NCBI GenBank assembly: GCA_051047955.1
Contig: JBPGPT010000009.1
Location: 496,001-560,000 of the forward strand
Source: Cystobasidiomycetes sp. EMM_F5
Lineage: Eukaryota
DNA: 64,000 nucleotides
Reading direction: 5' to 3'
Part shown: positions 44,770-57,105 of the stretch, in pieces
Numbering within the stretch: position 1 is the stretch's first letter
Layout of the letters: each line of letters opens with the position of its first letter
Notes under the pieces: generated by a model
Seen by the model: only the letters and a program-made list of their open reading frames with translations
Databases searched by the model: none
Told to the model about the DNA's origin: nothing
Position numbers and translations under genes: made by a program

Positions 44770-47478
44770 ATGTCGACGTTCAATCTCATTGCATTGCTCT
44801 GCCTGGCCTTCGTACTCCAGGCCACTCCGGGATTGTGCTTTGGTTTGTGGTTATGCTGTGCAATGCTCGCACGGTGCACATCTGAATTGTTTTATCATCT
44901 GCAGGAGCTGGCAATATCCCCAGCTATGCATACCTCGAAGGCAAGGCGTTTAGGCGAGTGCCGGTGCACCGTTTGTAGTGAGGCAGACTGTAGCTGATTT
45001 GGCTGAAATACAGACACGGTGACATCGAAGACATACTCTCGGAACTCGCTAGATCCAGCGGTGGTGCATCGGGACTGCTAGGTGCAGTCACTGGTGGACT
45101 GCTCGCCAAGAAATTCGGAGGACTGGACATCAAGCGCGTCTACTTTGGCAACTGGCTTCGCGATTACTCTCAGGCCATGGACACTGCAGGTCTCACCAAA
45201 CTGAGCGTACAGGCCATCATCAACCTTGTAATGGTCCTCGGCTTCCTTGCGCACGGGTACGCAACTGGCGAGTTTGAAGTAACTGAAGAACGACTAGGCG
45301 TGTATTTGCCTGTTGAACACATCGACAACCCGAAGGACTACGCCGACAATAAGGATGCACGTCAAGTGCACCCAAAGCTTAGAGGTCCTGTGGACCCTGT
45401 TGAATTAGAGGTCGACCAGAGTACCGGCATGCTGGTGAGCACAGCTGTTTAGCTTACGCGAGTGCCGCCAACAAAAAAGGCTACAGAATTACATAGCAAA
45501 CGAGAACGGACATTGGGACACATCAAAAGCATTGATTCGTCGAGTGCTCCTCTCGTGTATTGACATGGGCAGAAGGGCCAGAAGTAGCGGTGATCACAAC
45601 GCATTATACGAAGCCTTGCGTCTTCTCGGAACAGGTTTGTAACCTTGTCCCACAATAGTACTGCCGCTGACTACATTCCATGCTCCACCAGCTCTGCATA
45701 CTTTGGAGGATTTTTCTGCTCACAGCAATTACTGCGAGCTGGCACTCCGCAAACTTGGATACAATCAGATCTACTGCCACGTCGGCGAGAACATCACAAT
45801 CAGGAGTCCGAATGGACAGCAAGTACCGCCCTTGGTGACAGGCACATTCGGTGGTGCCGACTTCATCCATTCTCTGCTCGGAGAGACCACCGACCACATT
45901 TCCTCTTCTTCTGTTTCCGACTTGCAGAAGCAGGTCGAGAACGCAAAGAATGCCCCAGCAGATCGCAGTATCGACGGTATTCGAGACCTGCTCTTCCAAC
46001 TTCCCGGTGGAGATGGACAAAATCTGTCCCGTGAAATGGATAACGTCAGCAATATCCGCGCGACAACGAATGACCCGATGAATATGTCGCCTCAGGAGCT
46101 GCACGCTGCGCTCTGGAAGATTCTTAGCTTCCGTGACAATGTAGCCAAGACGATTGAACAGACTATTGAGAAGGTCAGTTGCCACGTCGATTGCGAACAA
46201 AATATATGGCTAAGTATAGAGGACAGATCCCTGGTCTCAGCTCTCTTGTCGAAAAGATCGGAGATTCCGTTGCTAAATTCATTTTTGTGACCATCGAACC
46301 GTACCTGAAACCGGTACTTCAGCAAGCGACCGGTGTTCTGTCGCAGGGGTCGGCTCAAGTCGTGAACAGTCACGATCAGTTCAAGGTGTTCGATGATCCG
46401 AATTATGCTCACCCAACGCATTCTTGTCAGTTGGGCAAATACGCACACAGCAGTAAACTGACCTTCTAATATTTGTTGCAGTCCTATCCAAGGATCACTT
46501 CAATGGTATCCTCAACGAACCTGCTGGTCTCGTTGCCAAAGTGATTGTCAAGCATACGGTAGAGGATATCGTGAAGGCATGGGACAACACGAGGTAGGCA
46601 CAGTCCGCCCACCTTCTGCCTACTCTGCTGATGTTTGCGACTCCGAAGCATGGACGCACATCAAATTGTGGAGAACATCCTTCCTGCTCTCCATCACCCA
46701 TTCTTTTCTCGTGGTCATCCTCTGCAGAACGAGATGGAACAGACTATGCGTCGCTGGATTGACAGCGAGGACAAGAACTACACAGTCAATGCCCTGACTA
46801 AGGATGCAGTTCGAAACCACAAGAATCACCGCAAGGGCCATGCGACCGAGGCCCCAACCCAAGGACCAGGAGGTTATACCAGCTTTTTGCCCACACCTGC
46901 CAGCCTGACTCATCAAGCTAGCAACTATGCGCACCAGCAGTTGAACCACGTACCTGGCTACCAGGCCTTCAATCAGACATTCCCGACTGCTTTCAATAAC
47001 AGAGATGTCAACGATGGTAGTGCAGCACAGTCCGGTTATGATGCTCAAAGTCAGCAGCCCATGTACGGCGGTGGCAGCGGTCATCATTCTCCCGCACCTT
47101 TCGGAGGTGATGGTTACGGTGGACCCCAGCAGTATGATCAGCCTCCTCCTCATCAGTACGGTCAGGATTATTATGGTGGCCAGGGCCAGCAGTACAATCA
47201 GTTCCAGCAAAACAATTTCGAAGGCGGCTACGGCTCTCATCACGGACCTCCCCACGGAGGACACGGCGGTCCGCAGCACGGCAACTACGGTGGACCAGGC
47301 TTTGATCAGCCTGCACCGCCTTTTGACAATCAGTACGGGCAGAATCAGGGTGGCCAGTACTCCGGGTGAGCATGTTTTAGTTGGCTGTGCCATGCAATCG
47401 CTGATGTCCGACGATAGTTACGGCAATCAGGGAGGAAATTATGGAGGTCATCAGCCTCCTCCTCCGGGCAGGTGGTAA
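44770..47478 (+). CDS. het-c: Het-C domain protein with Gly/Gln/Tyr-rich C-terminus
   Basis: Signal peptide, FGAGNIPS, AFRHGDIED, RVYFGNWLRDYSQA, EHIDNPKDY, LHTLEDFSAHSNYCEL, PLVTGTFG, PTHS..SKDHF. Confidence 0.92.
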
Positions 47479-47622
47479 CGTCAGCTGCAGTGGGTAGTCT
47501 AGAGTAGAAACGGTCGACATCTAAGCTGGAAGTAATGGGTCAGTGAGTAGCCAGACGATGGTTTTTCAATTTGCGTTGATTACAATGCCGAACAAACGGG
47601 GAATTTTCAACGCTTATCCTTC

Positions 47623-48973
47623 CTAGCCTTTGAAATTGTTCTTCATTTCGCGCAATTTACCCATGATTTGGACGGGATCTTTCGCACCTGTTGCCTTTTG
47701 TACTGCTTCGCTGGACAAGCGCATGAAGACATTGTGCTCCCGCTCGTTGGCAATGGTGTATTTGCCCGTAGTCTCGCCAGTCGAGTCGATGTCGGCTTTC
47801 AGTGCTTTGATTGCCTCGTTGTTTGGATCTGTCATGCACGTCAGCATGGTATTAACCTCATCGTGCATCGTACTGACCGATGGATAGAGCAAACGCTATG
47901 TTGCCTGGGTAAAGAGTGGAGTCTCAGTACAAGCTGTGATACGGACAGTGATCTCGGCCACCCTTGCTGTAGTTGTGGCCATCATACACTTTCGTGTCGG
48001 CAGGCAAGGCAGCTAAAACCCCGTTCAGCGCGGCGTCCATCTCCTCAGGTGTACCTTCGAAGAAGCGGCCACAGCCTCCTACGAATCTACGAGTATGAGA
48101 AGTGTTAGGGATGTACCGATCCACAAGATCCGCGACTAACAGTGTGTCACTATTAAAATGCAAGCCATGACTCAGTCTCGCCATTGCGTCTCAATCTCTG
48201 TCTATCTCACCCAGTAAAGACTCCGCGTTGTTCTTTCGCCGAATCCTCAACGAAGAAACATGTAGAATCTTGCGTGTGGCAGGGTGTATGATAACCTGTG
48301 ACCTTGATGTTCTTGCCCACAGTGAAGGAGTCTTTGTGCTTAATCTGAGCCAACTTACCATTGTCAGGCATTTGACCTATACGTTTGGATCGTCCAACTT
48401 GCCTGCTGAGTCAAAGCAGCCACTTGCGAAGAACCACCGTATATGATAGCATCTGGATACTTCTTCTTGAACTCCTCGTTGCCGCCGGCATGGTCGCTGT
48501 CGACAAAGAGGATAAGCCGTCAATGTGTGTTCCGGGCATCATTCTCCTCACTGGTGATGGTGCGTAGTAATCACTTGAGCGCCTATTTTCACTCCTTCGG
48601 CTTCTGCCGCAGCTACAACTACAGATCGCATCAATATGTCAGCTCAAATCGCCGTGCGTGTTGCTTTCCTCTTGCTACCTTTCTTAACATCATACGGATC
48701 CACCGCTGCGGCGACTTTAGTCTCCTCGTCAATTAGCAAGTCTGCCAGCAATTGTCAGTCGAGCTACCACTATTCCGCAGGCAAGCACTGTTCACAAGCA
48801 TAATTGTCTGAGCGGACGGGAACGGGAACGATTCGCATCTTTGGCCTAGATCTTGACGTATGAGCCGGACGTTGAACGTATTGAAGTACGAAAGCGACTA
48901 CCGCAACGCACAGGAATGCCGTAGAGAATGCTCGTCGCTTCAGGATATTAGCAAGAGGTCGAACAGCTTGCAT
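47623..48973 (-). CDS. GLO2: Hydroxyacylglutathione hydrolase (glyoxalase II), multi-exon
   Basis: [62 protein letters not shown]. Confidence 0.9.
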
Positions 48974-49133
48974 GCAAGTTTGATAAAGTATACAAAAGCA
49001 CAGATGAGGTAAAGCAGGCACGCAGGCGAATGGGCTGGGTGGCAATTTGGCGAGCAAGCAAGACATACGTATGTTGACCTTAGGCCTGAGCCCGATTATC
49101 ATTCATTCCCCGTTCCTCTTCTGTTTTCGCTCC

Positions 49134-51515
49134 TCACAACGCCCCAAGCATCCGCCTAATGCCGCCCAAACGACCTGTAATACCTTCCGTTGTGTAGAAC
49201 ATCTGAATTAGACCGTAAACAAAGCGGAATGACTTGTCGGCATTTCGTATAGGAAACTGTAACGGCCCAGGGATAGTTGTCTGTCGTCCAAGCTTCAGCA
49301 TAACCTCCAGGATCAAGGCAGCCAGTCAGCTTACCTGAATCAAGCCATGCAAGCGGTCTTCAATGACAGCTTTCACGTTGCATAATGCTCGAAGTCCTTC
49401 GGGACCACCGAATCGTCCGTATCCACTTGCTTTTACGCCTCCAAACGGCAATGCTTGACTGTACAGAGTATCAGCGGCGGTGGGACGGAACAATCTCTTC
49501 ATGCGCACCATAAGTAGAATGTGCCAAAATCGTTGATGCTGACCATCCCGCATTTCAATCGGTCGCGTACGTAGCGGCATTGCGCCTTATCCCGTCCCCA
49601 AACTGAAGATCCCAAACCCTGTTTATCTACAATTAGGGTGTGGCACACGGCGGATTCGGTGGGATCTTACATATTTTGACGCATTGGCAATCTGTATGCA
49701 GTCATCAATGTCCTACGGGATATTCGTGAGCCTGCCGTTGGGTGAGAGAAAAGCTTAAGAGCGTACCTTCGCCTTGAAAGCCAGCATGATTGGCGCGAAA
49801 CATTCTTCATGGGCGATACGCATATCTTGCGTTACGTCGCAGAGTAGCGTTGGCTGAAGATAGTGACCTTTGGGGTGAGCGGGGTACGCGGCCCGTTTGC
49901 CGCCGACAAGGATTCTTGCGCCTTGATCAACAGCCTCTTGCACTAGCTTTTCGAGTGCCGCTAAACGTTCTCCATTGATCATCGCCCCAACATCCCTGCC
50001 CGTTTGGAGGCTTTTGACAAGGGGCTCCATAACTGCCAAAAACTTTGGATAACTGATGTCGTCGCAGATGAAACGCTCTGCAGCGATACATCCTTGACCG
50101 GCGCCAGTACTGCACGTTTACTCAGTCGCATTAATATGGTATTTTCACGGTTCAACATACAAAGACCCTCGCAGAAAAGACTGGCAGAAAGTCTTAACGT
50201 CCGCAGACGCCAATAGTATGGCAGGATCCTGTATGTAAGAAGGGTTCGTGAGTCCAGGCAAAAGCCGCTGAGCGTGATAAAATACCTTCCCGCCCAGCTC
50301 CAAAGTCACAGGTGTGAGTGCTTCTGCAGCGTTACGAGCGACTTGCTTTCCGACGGCATCAGATCCGATAAAAGTCAAGTGTGACACGCGGCCATCCCGA
50401 GTGAAAGCTGCAGCTGCCTCTGCCTCGCAGCCAATGGCAACTTGCACAATATCTGGATTTTCGCCGCATGCTGTAAGACATGCTTTGATCCCCTTGGTAA
50501 AATGTGAACTCGACCACGCTACCTATAGACAGCCAATTACGGATCATGAGGGGACTGAAGCCGACACGGCACGTAGTGCCACCACTCACGTTTTCCGATG
50601 TCTTCATGACGATGCAATTTCCAGACGTAATCGCGGCAATAATGGGAGATAGGAGATTATGGAAAGCTTGATGCTCAATCAGCTACACCTGGGTTATAAG
50701 TCTATTCTGCAATATCGTCCTTACGGTAGTTCCAGCTGACAATTGCGCCAACTACGCCGAATGGCTCGTATCGCACATACGAAACTGTGGCTGGATTGTT
50801 AACGGGCTGAAGTGAACCCAGCCTGTCTGACTCTACCTTTATGCGCCAGCATCCATGGATTGCTGCCGGCAAAAACAGCAAGGTCAATGAAAGGGACATT
50901 CCAAGAGATTGACCTAATTACCTTCTGTAGTCGGACTTTAAGCTTTGCTCGCCTTCGGCAATGCACCATCGTAATTTCTCGCAGGTCCCGAGGACTTCGC
51001 CAAACGCGGCATCGAGCATTGTCTTTCCGGTATCTCTGCAACATACTTCTGCGATAGCCTGCATATCGCGTATGCACCACGCCAATAGGCTCTTCAGAAC
51101 GCGTCGTCGTTGTTGAAAACTCGATGTACTCCATTGTTTCGCAGCGCTCTCCGCACGAGAAACAAGATCGTGCATATCTTGCGGAGTCAGGGAAGGAAAC
51201 GTTGCTAGTTCATAGGCTGTTGCCGGGTCGTATGCCGTAATTTCTGTTGGCGGACTCCCTGGAGGATGGATCTTGGGTTCCGACAACACTTTTCCTGTCC
51301 ACGAAGGGCTGTATGCATGCTACAGTCAGCCCTTAGCCATACACTGTCATTGTGGAATCGCTCCACCTCGCTTCAGCTGGCCTTTCCCATGAGAAATGAA
51401 CAGGCTGCTCAGATCTTGCAGCCAAAAATGACCAACACCACCACGCCCAGACGAGCAAGGCCAACGCAGCTCCGATGGTAGAGGCGTCCAGGGCAATGTC
51501 AGAAAGAAGAGTCAT
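49134..51515 (-). CDS. Aldehyde dehydrogenase with N-terminal membrane anchor (Msc7/ALDH22-like)
   Basis: N-terminal [61 protein letters not shown]. Confidence 0.88.
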
Positions 51516-51878
51516 GGTGGTTTCAGCGGATTTGGCACGCAGGTGTGCAACGTTAGCGGATGTTTCAACTTTATGTCGAGGTCGAGCAAAAAGCAAGTTG
51601 TTTTTGCACGGGCATTGGAGTAACATGTCTAGTTGCGATACGTGTAACGACGTACAGCCTTACTAACGCTGGCATGGCCGTTGGATCTGGAGCAGCTCTT
51701 TTATTCTGAACGCATTACTTGGATGCCCCGTACTGTTTCCGCTGATCTACATCGACATGATCCCGGTCTGGGTGGCTACGAGCACCCAACATTGCTGATA
51801 TCGCAATGCTCGTATTCCCATTGCTGATATATCCTGCCGCTCAGCAAAGCTGACTACTCTCCCAGCTTACTGAGCATG

Positions 51879-51911
51879 GAAAGGGCTGGAACTTTCTATA
51901 TCTTTCTGGAA
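51879..51911 (+). promoter_or_regulatory. Probable heat-shock element upstream of the BAG gene
   Basis: GAA(51879), GAA(51889), TTC(51894), TTC(51904) and GAA(51909) sit on a 5-bp register with HSE-compatible orientation, about 110 nt before the ATG. Confidence 0.6.
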
Positions 51912-52020
51912 GGTACTCGGCGGCTGACGCGGATGGCAGGAGCTACACTGTTTAAACGTAACGGAGACCGTCTCGTTCCCTCTCTTTTCATTCTACCACT
52001 CAAACACTCAATCTTCCATC

Positions 52021-53880
52021 ATGCTCGGCTATACCTCGTGTCCATCCCACTTTCAACAGCACTTTGCCCGTCCCGCTTACGCATACAGCCATCATCCTCA
52101 TCCTCACCAATCATGCTCGCATCAAGCTCGCTATACACCTTACTCGTATTCCGACGAAGTCGATGACGAGTCCTCTTACTACGCCTATCTCGACCACCTC
52201 CGTGCCCGACAGGAGCAGCGAGAGCTGGAAGATGCTATCGCACAGAGGCGGGCTAGAGAACAAGCCTTCTTTGCTGCACAGCAGGCAGAAGTACGAGCAC
52301 GAGTCCGAGCTAGGGCATATGAAGAGGCACAGCAGGCAGCATATCGACGGAAGATACTCTTGCAGAGACAGGCGGAGCAGCAGGCGGTAGCAATTGCAAG
52401 AGCTCGCGCTGCAGAGGCAGAACATCAACGTCGCGTCGAAGCAGCGCAAAGGAGGCGTGATCAGGAAGCTCAGACACAGGCCTTCGTGCACGCCATTCTG
52501 CGAGCAATCGCATCACAGGCGGCGGCAGAACACATATCGATGAGCAAGCTTCCTACAGCCTCGCCACAGCCTGCTATTGCAGCTCCTCGTCCATCTTCAG
52601 TTGCAGCCGTCCAGCCAGCGCCTAAGCCAGTGGTCGCGGCGCAGGTAAAGCCATCGTCACACCCGAAGATATTTTTGGAGAAGGCATTCTATTTCGTTCA
52701 GTCTGATACTGACCAAGATCAGTCGACCAAGGAGCATCTTTCCGCCATTTCGAAGCTAAAGCAACGATTCGATGAGTCGCGCAAAGCATTCGTTCAGCCT
52801 GAAGCGTACGTCTCTCCTACTGTGTATCCCGCATATCGTTGTTTAACTCGTCATTTCCACAGCCTCACGTTCGATCAAGCCAAGTCCACGCCTCAATCTC
52901 CCGTCCTCGCATTCACTCCAGAAAACAAGGCGTATCGCTTATACGAAGAAGCACTCACTCGCCTCCTGGTAGACCTCGACCAGATTGCGACAGAGGGTTC
53001 CGCCGATGTTAGAGCACAGCGTAAAGCACTGGCCGTCGCAATTGAAGAAGAGCTCACTAGGCTGGACAACATGAAGGCGCAAGCTTGGGAGAAGGAGCAA
53101 AAGCATGGCGATGCGGAATCGGTGGGCCAGGACAGTGTGGCGGAAACAGTGGTTGCTGCATCGAATACCACCAAAGATGCAATCGAACAAGATAGCACAG
53201 CTACTGAAGCAGTCGCCGAACCCAACGCATCGGGTGTCTCGGAGGCTCATCCCACTGAGACCACTATCGCATCAGACAACATCAATATCGCAGACGAAGC
53301 GAAAGAGTCTGAGGAAGCAATCCCACACACAAACATCCAAGAGACTTCTACTCCTCACACGTCTGAGGCGCGGGATTTCGCAAACAATGCTAGGGCCTCC
53401 GAAGCCGAAGTTGGTCCTGCATCTCTGGTCAACAGCGATAATAGCAATGACGACCCGGCAGGATACCTAGTCGACCAACTGGCGTTTAAGCAGACTGTTC
53501 GAGAGAAGATGGAAGAGCCTGCTACTGCAAAGAGCGCATTGACTCCGATTCTACCGTCCCTCCCGGCGGCAGATAATGAGGCTGCGGCATCTTCTGCAGA
53601 GTCACCTCTTTCAGTCAGCGATTCACAAGGTTCGCAGTCGCCCCAAAACCATTCCATTTCGGCAGATTCCGTGCCTACTATTCAGTCGAAGAGACCAGAC
53701 CAGACTGGCGTTGTCGATATTGTCCACACAATCGCCAATCCGTCATTCGATGCAGTACAAGCCGGCCCCATACAAAGTCCCGCACTCTCATCAGTCGACA
53801 AGTCTACGAAAGTCAGTGACGAAGAAGATGATGGTGAAGATGAGTCTTCTGATTCATCATTCGAGATGCTGGATCTATGA
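52021..53880 (+). CDS. BAG-domain Hsp70 co-chaperone
   Basis: LAFTPENKAYRLYEEALTRLLVDLDQIATEGSADVRAQRKALAVAIEEELTRLD (fungal BAG domain). N-terminal coiled coil and acidic tail. Confidence 0.82.
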   Translation: MLGYTSCPSHFQQHFARPAYAYSHHPHPHQSCSHQARYTPYSYSDEVDDESSYYAYLDHLRARQEQRELEDAIAQRRAREQAFFAAQQAEVRARVRARAYEEAQQAAYRRKILLQRQAEQQAVAIARARAAEAEHQRRVEAAQRRRDQEAQTQAFVHAILRAIASQAAAEHISMSKLPTASPQPAIAAPRPSSVAAVQPAPKPVVAAQVKPSSHPKIFLEKAFYFVQSDTDQDQSTKEHLSAISKLKQRFDESRKAFVQPEAYVSPTVYPAYRCLTRHFHSLTFDQAKSTPQSPVLAFTPENKAYRLYEEALTRLLVDLDQIATEGSADVRAQRKALAVAIEEELTRLDNMKAQAWEKEQKHGDAESVGQDSVAETVVAASNTTKDAIEQDSTATEAVAEPNASGVSEAHPTETTIASDNINIADEAKESEEAIPHTNIQETSTPHTSEARDFANNARASEAEVGPASLVNSDNSNDDPAGYLVDQLAFKQTVREKMEEPATAKSALTPILPSLPAADNEAAASSAESPLSVSDSQGSQSPQNHSISADSVPTIQSKRPDQTGVVDIVHTIANPSFDAVQAGPIQSPALSSVDKSTKVSDEEDDGEDESSDSSFEMLDL

Positions 53881-54234
53881 TATACCATAGTTCGCACTGA
53901 CAAATGTTGTATGCAAGTCACGATAAATGTAGCCTAATGCAATGCGAGTAGAGAATGCCATCCTTGTGCTGTGCTACGCAATTTTGCGTTTGACGGTGTG
54001 TTCAGCCCTTCATAGGATGTAATCTTGACGATGGCCGTCTGTACGGTCGCATTGTGCGCACAATCGCAGCATACTTTGAATCCGGATATACTTGGTGTAC
54101 GGTCCAAGTGTGTTTCGACGTTCTTCTGATTGACGACGACCTGGATTCCCGAATAGACATTGTGTCTGTTTTGATATTGGAAGATCGCAACACCCTTGCA
54201 TAGACATGAGCGGGCAGCAAACGGGTCGATGGTT

Positions 54235-54542
54235 CTAGGAGACTCGATTCTTTTGCAATGCGAGCTTCCTTGCGCGTTCGGGTGCTGTCCAGCGTAACGC
54301 GGCTGCGGCAATGAAGGCTACGGATTGACGGATATTAGTCCAAAAGGATACGCTGCACGTAGAAGCTCACCGTATCCAGCCAGTCTTATGCCCCAAATCG
54401 CGCCTGGCCCCGCTGATATTGCCTTGTTTGTGCTGTAGTATCGCGCCGTCGATACGGCAAACAGGCCTAGTCCAGCAAACGCCGCGGTTCCAGTGAGCCT
54501 GCAAGCGAAGCAGTCTGGGACGGCGGTCGTTTCGCCAGACAT
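54235..54542 (-). CDS. Small membrane protein, DUF4536/DMAC1-like (2 exons)
   Basis: DCFACRLTGTAAFAGLGLFA CxxC+TM signature. Exon2 reads AFIAAAALRW..*. Confidence 0.65.
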
Positions 54543-54680
54543 GGTTGGGTAGCAGCAATCAATGTGCGACCAAGCTACGAGCAAGACAGCCAGCTTGGTT
54601 GATATATCCCGATCATCACTCATTCTGGCCTTCAAATTTATCGTCGACACGCTTGCGGCTCACCAGACTGCTGTGCAAAC

Positions 54681-57063
54681 ATGGGTGGAACAGGCGAGTA
54701 ATGCCGTCGACTGGCGCAACATTGGAGCATCGTCTGACATGTTTTATTTGACAACCTGACAGGCCGAAAAAGTCGCAACAAGCAGGCCGACGTTGCGGCA
54801 CTGGGTGCAAAACCTGAACGGCGAAGCAAGACGAGCAATGTGAAAAAGGGCAAAGCTGCTGCAAAGACATTTACAGAAAAGAATGTCGACGGTGAAGACA
54901 AGGCCAGACTGTCCCGCCATCAGAAGCAGAGGGCAGCGAAACGAGCATTGGCAGCTACAACCACGTCCAGCAAACACGATGCCAAAAGTAAAGGCAAGAA
55001 GCGAGCTAGAGATTCGGATGAAGAGGCAGGAGTCAGCGACGATGAAGGAGAAGGTTTAGCTAGTGCTCGAGCGTGCGTCGATGATTGCCTATCTACGACC
55101 CGAAAATCGATTCGCTTGACTGACTGCAATTCTTGACAGCGCAATGTTTTCCGAAGCTGATCTCATCGAGAGCTCTACTGCTGGTGCTGGACCCGCGCCT
55201 CTCTTGAATGGATCTGACGAATCTGATGCAGACCAAGAAGGAGAAGAGAGCGAAAACGAATTGGATTTGGACGATGTTATGGCAGAAGACGGCGAAAATG
55301 ATGAATTCGACCTAGAGGATGGTGACTTGCCGGAGGATGAATCGGATGAGGCTACTTCTGGCGACGAAGCGTTACTCGAGGAGAATGAGCTGGCTGCAAC
55401 AGACGATCTAGTTGGCTTGAATGGCGAGGAAGGAGATGACGACGAGGAACTTGGCGTCGACGACATGCTTCAGGAGGAGGGAGAACGAGAAGAAGAAGAA
55501 GAAAACGCTGACATGATGTCTGACGACGAAGACATGGCTTTAAATTTGGATAACGGCAATGGTGGACCAGGAGCAATGCCAGATCTACAAGTGGTCCAGA
55601 TGCGCTTAGCTAGTGCAACGAGAGCGCTCGGAGATTGGAAGACGCACGGCAAAAAGACTGGCAAGAGCCGATCTGAAGTACACGATCAGTTGATTGAGGA
55701 TGTCTGCAATTACTATGGCTACAATAAATTCTTGGCGGAGAAACTGCTTGAATTGTTTCCGGTAGATGAGGTGAGCACTCATCCTCATAAGCGAGTTCGC
55801 AAAACAAGCTGACTGGAGACGTGTCGCGCAGGCAATGACCTTCTTCGACTCTTCAGACACTCCTCGTCCTGTCACTATACGGACAAATACACTCAAGACC
55901 CGTCGCCGCGAACTTGCGCAAACGCTCATCAACCGCGGCGTATCGCTAGAGCCTATCGGGAAATGGTCAAAAGTCGGCCTGCAGGTATTCGAATCGAGTG
56001 TGCCTATCGGCGCCACCCCAGAATATCTGGCTGGGCACTATATTTTACAGGCTGCTTCGTCTTTCTTGCCTGTGATGGCACTAGCGCCACAGCCAGAGGA
56101 GCGCGTACTGGACATGGCATCTGCACCAGGCGGAAAAACCACATATATTGCTGCGCTTTTGCAGAATACTGGAACGGTGTTTGCAAACGATTCAAACAAG
56201 GCACGCTTGAAAGGCCTGTCGGCAAATATCGCTCGTCTTGGCTGCCGCAATGTGATTGTGTGCAACCACGACGGACGCGATTTCCCGAAAGTCATGGGCG
56301 GCTTTGACCGAGTTTTACTAGATGCACCATGTTCCGGGACCGGTGTCATCAGCAAAGACGCTTCAGTCAAGACCAACAAGTCTCAACGCGACTTCACACT
56401 GCTGTCACACTTACAAAAACAGCTCATATTGTGCGCTATCGACTCCGTTTCTCCCATCTCCAAGACTGGCGGCTACCTTGTATATTCCACATGCTCGGTG
56501 ACTGTCGATGAGAACGAAGCCGTAGTTGCTTACGCCCTGCGAAAACGACCGCATGTCAAGCTCGTCGAAACTGGCTTAGGGTTCGGCAAGGAAGGCTTTA
56601 CCGCGTTCAGAGGAAAGCAATTTGACGCCAGCTTAAAGCTGACTCGTCGCTTCTATCCCCACGTAAGTCTCATTGATTTGCAAAGGTTATAAACATGCAC
56701 TCAATGTTCCGTAACAGGTACACAACATGGACGGCTTCTACGTGGCAAAGCTAAAGGTTGGGAAGCCAGCAGCTAAAGGTATGTTACAATATATAGTACA
56801 TAACATACTTCCGCCATGGTCTGATTGCTTCTAAAGCAGCAGTAGTTGCCAATGGTCACCCGGCCGTAGCAACAGAGGAGCTCGAGGGCGTCACGGATAA
56901 TGAAATTGTGCCGGAGGAGGCGGCATTCAACGATGCAGAAGATGCTGCCATTATTGAAGCTGAGCGGGTTAAGTCGATGAAGCGGAGAGGCATCAAAATT
57001 ACGCCGTATGACCTTAAGAGCCGCAACGGTGACAAGCCAAGCGGGAAGAGGCAGAAGAAGTAA
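54681..57063 (+). CDS. NOP2: 25S rRNA m5C methyltransferase Nop2
   Basis: Acidic N-terminal region, RPVTIRTNTLK, GATPEYLAGHY, LDMASAPGGK, FDRVLLDAPCSGTG, VYSTCS, RRFYPH-VHNMDGF. Confidence 0.95.
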
Positions 57064-57105
57064 ACCCCTTTAAGTGGATTGTTGTCGTTGTAAATTGCTT
57101 GCCAC

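Noticed and set aside
46620..47393. 257-aa hydrophobic minus-strand ORF
   Set aside because: Antisense to the Q/Y/G-rich het-c tail; a compositional artefact.
51790..51830. CATTGCTGATAT direct repeat with a small hairpin
   Set aside because: Only two 12-nt copies; cannot be distinguished from chance or assigned a function.
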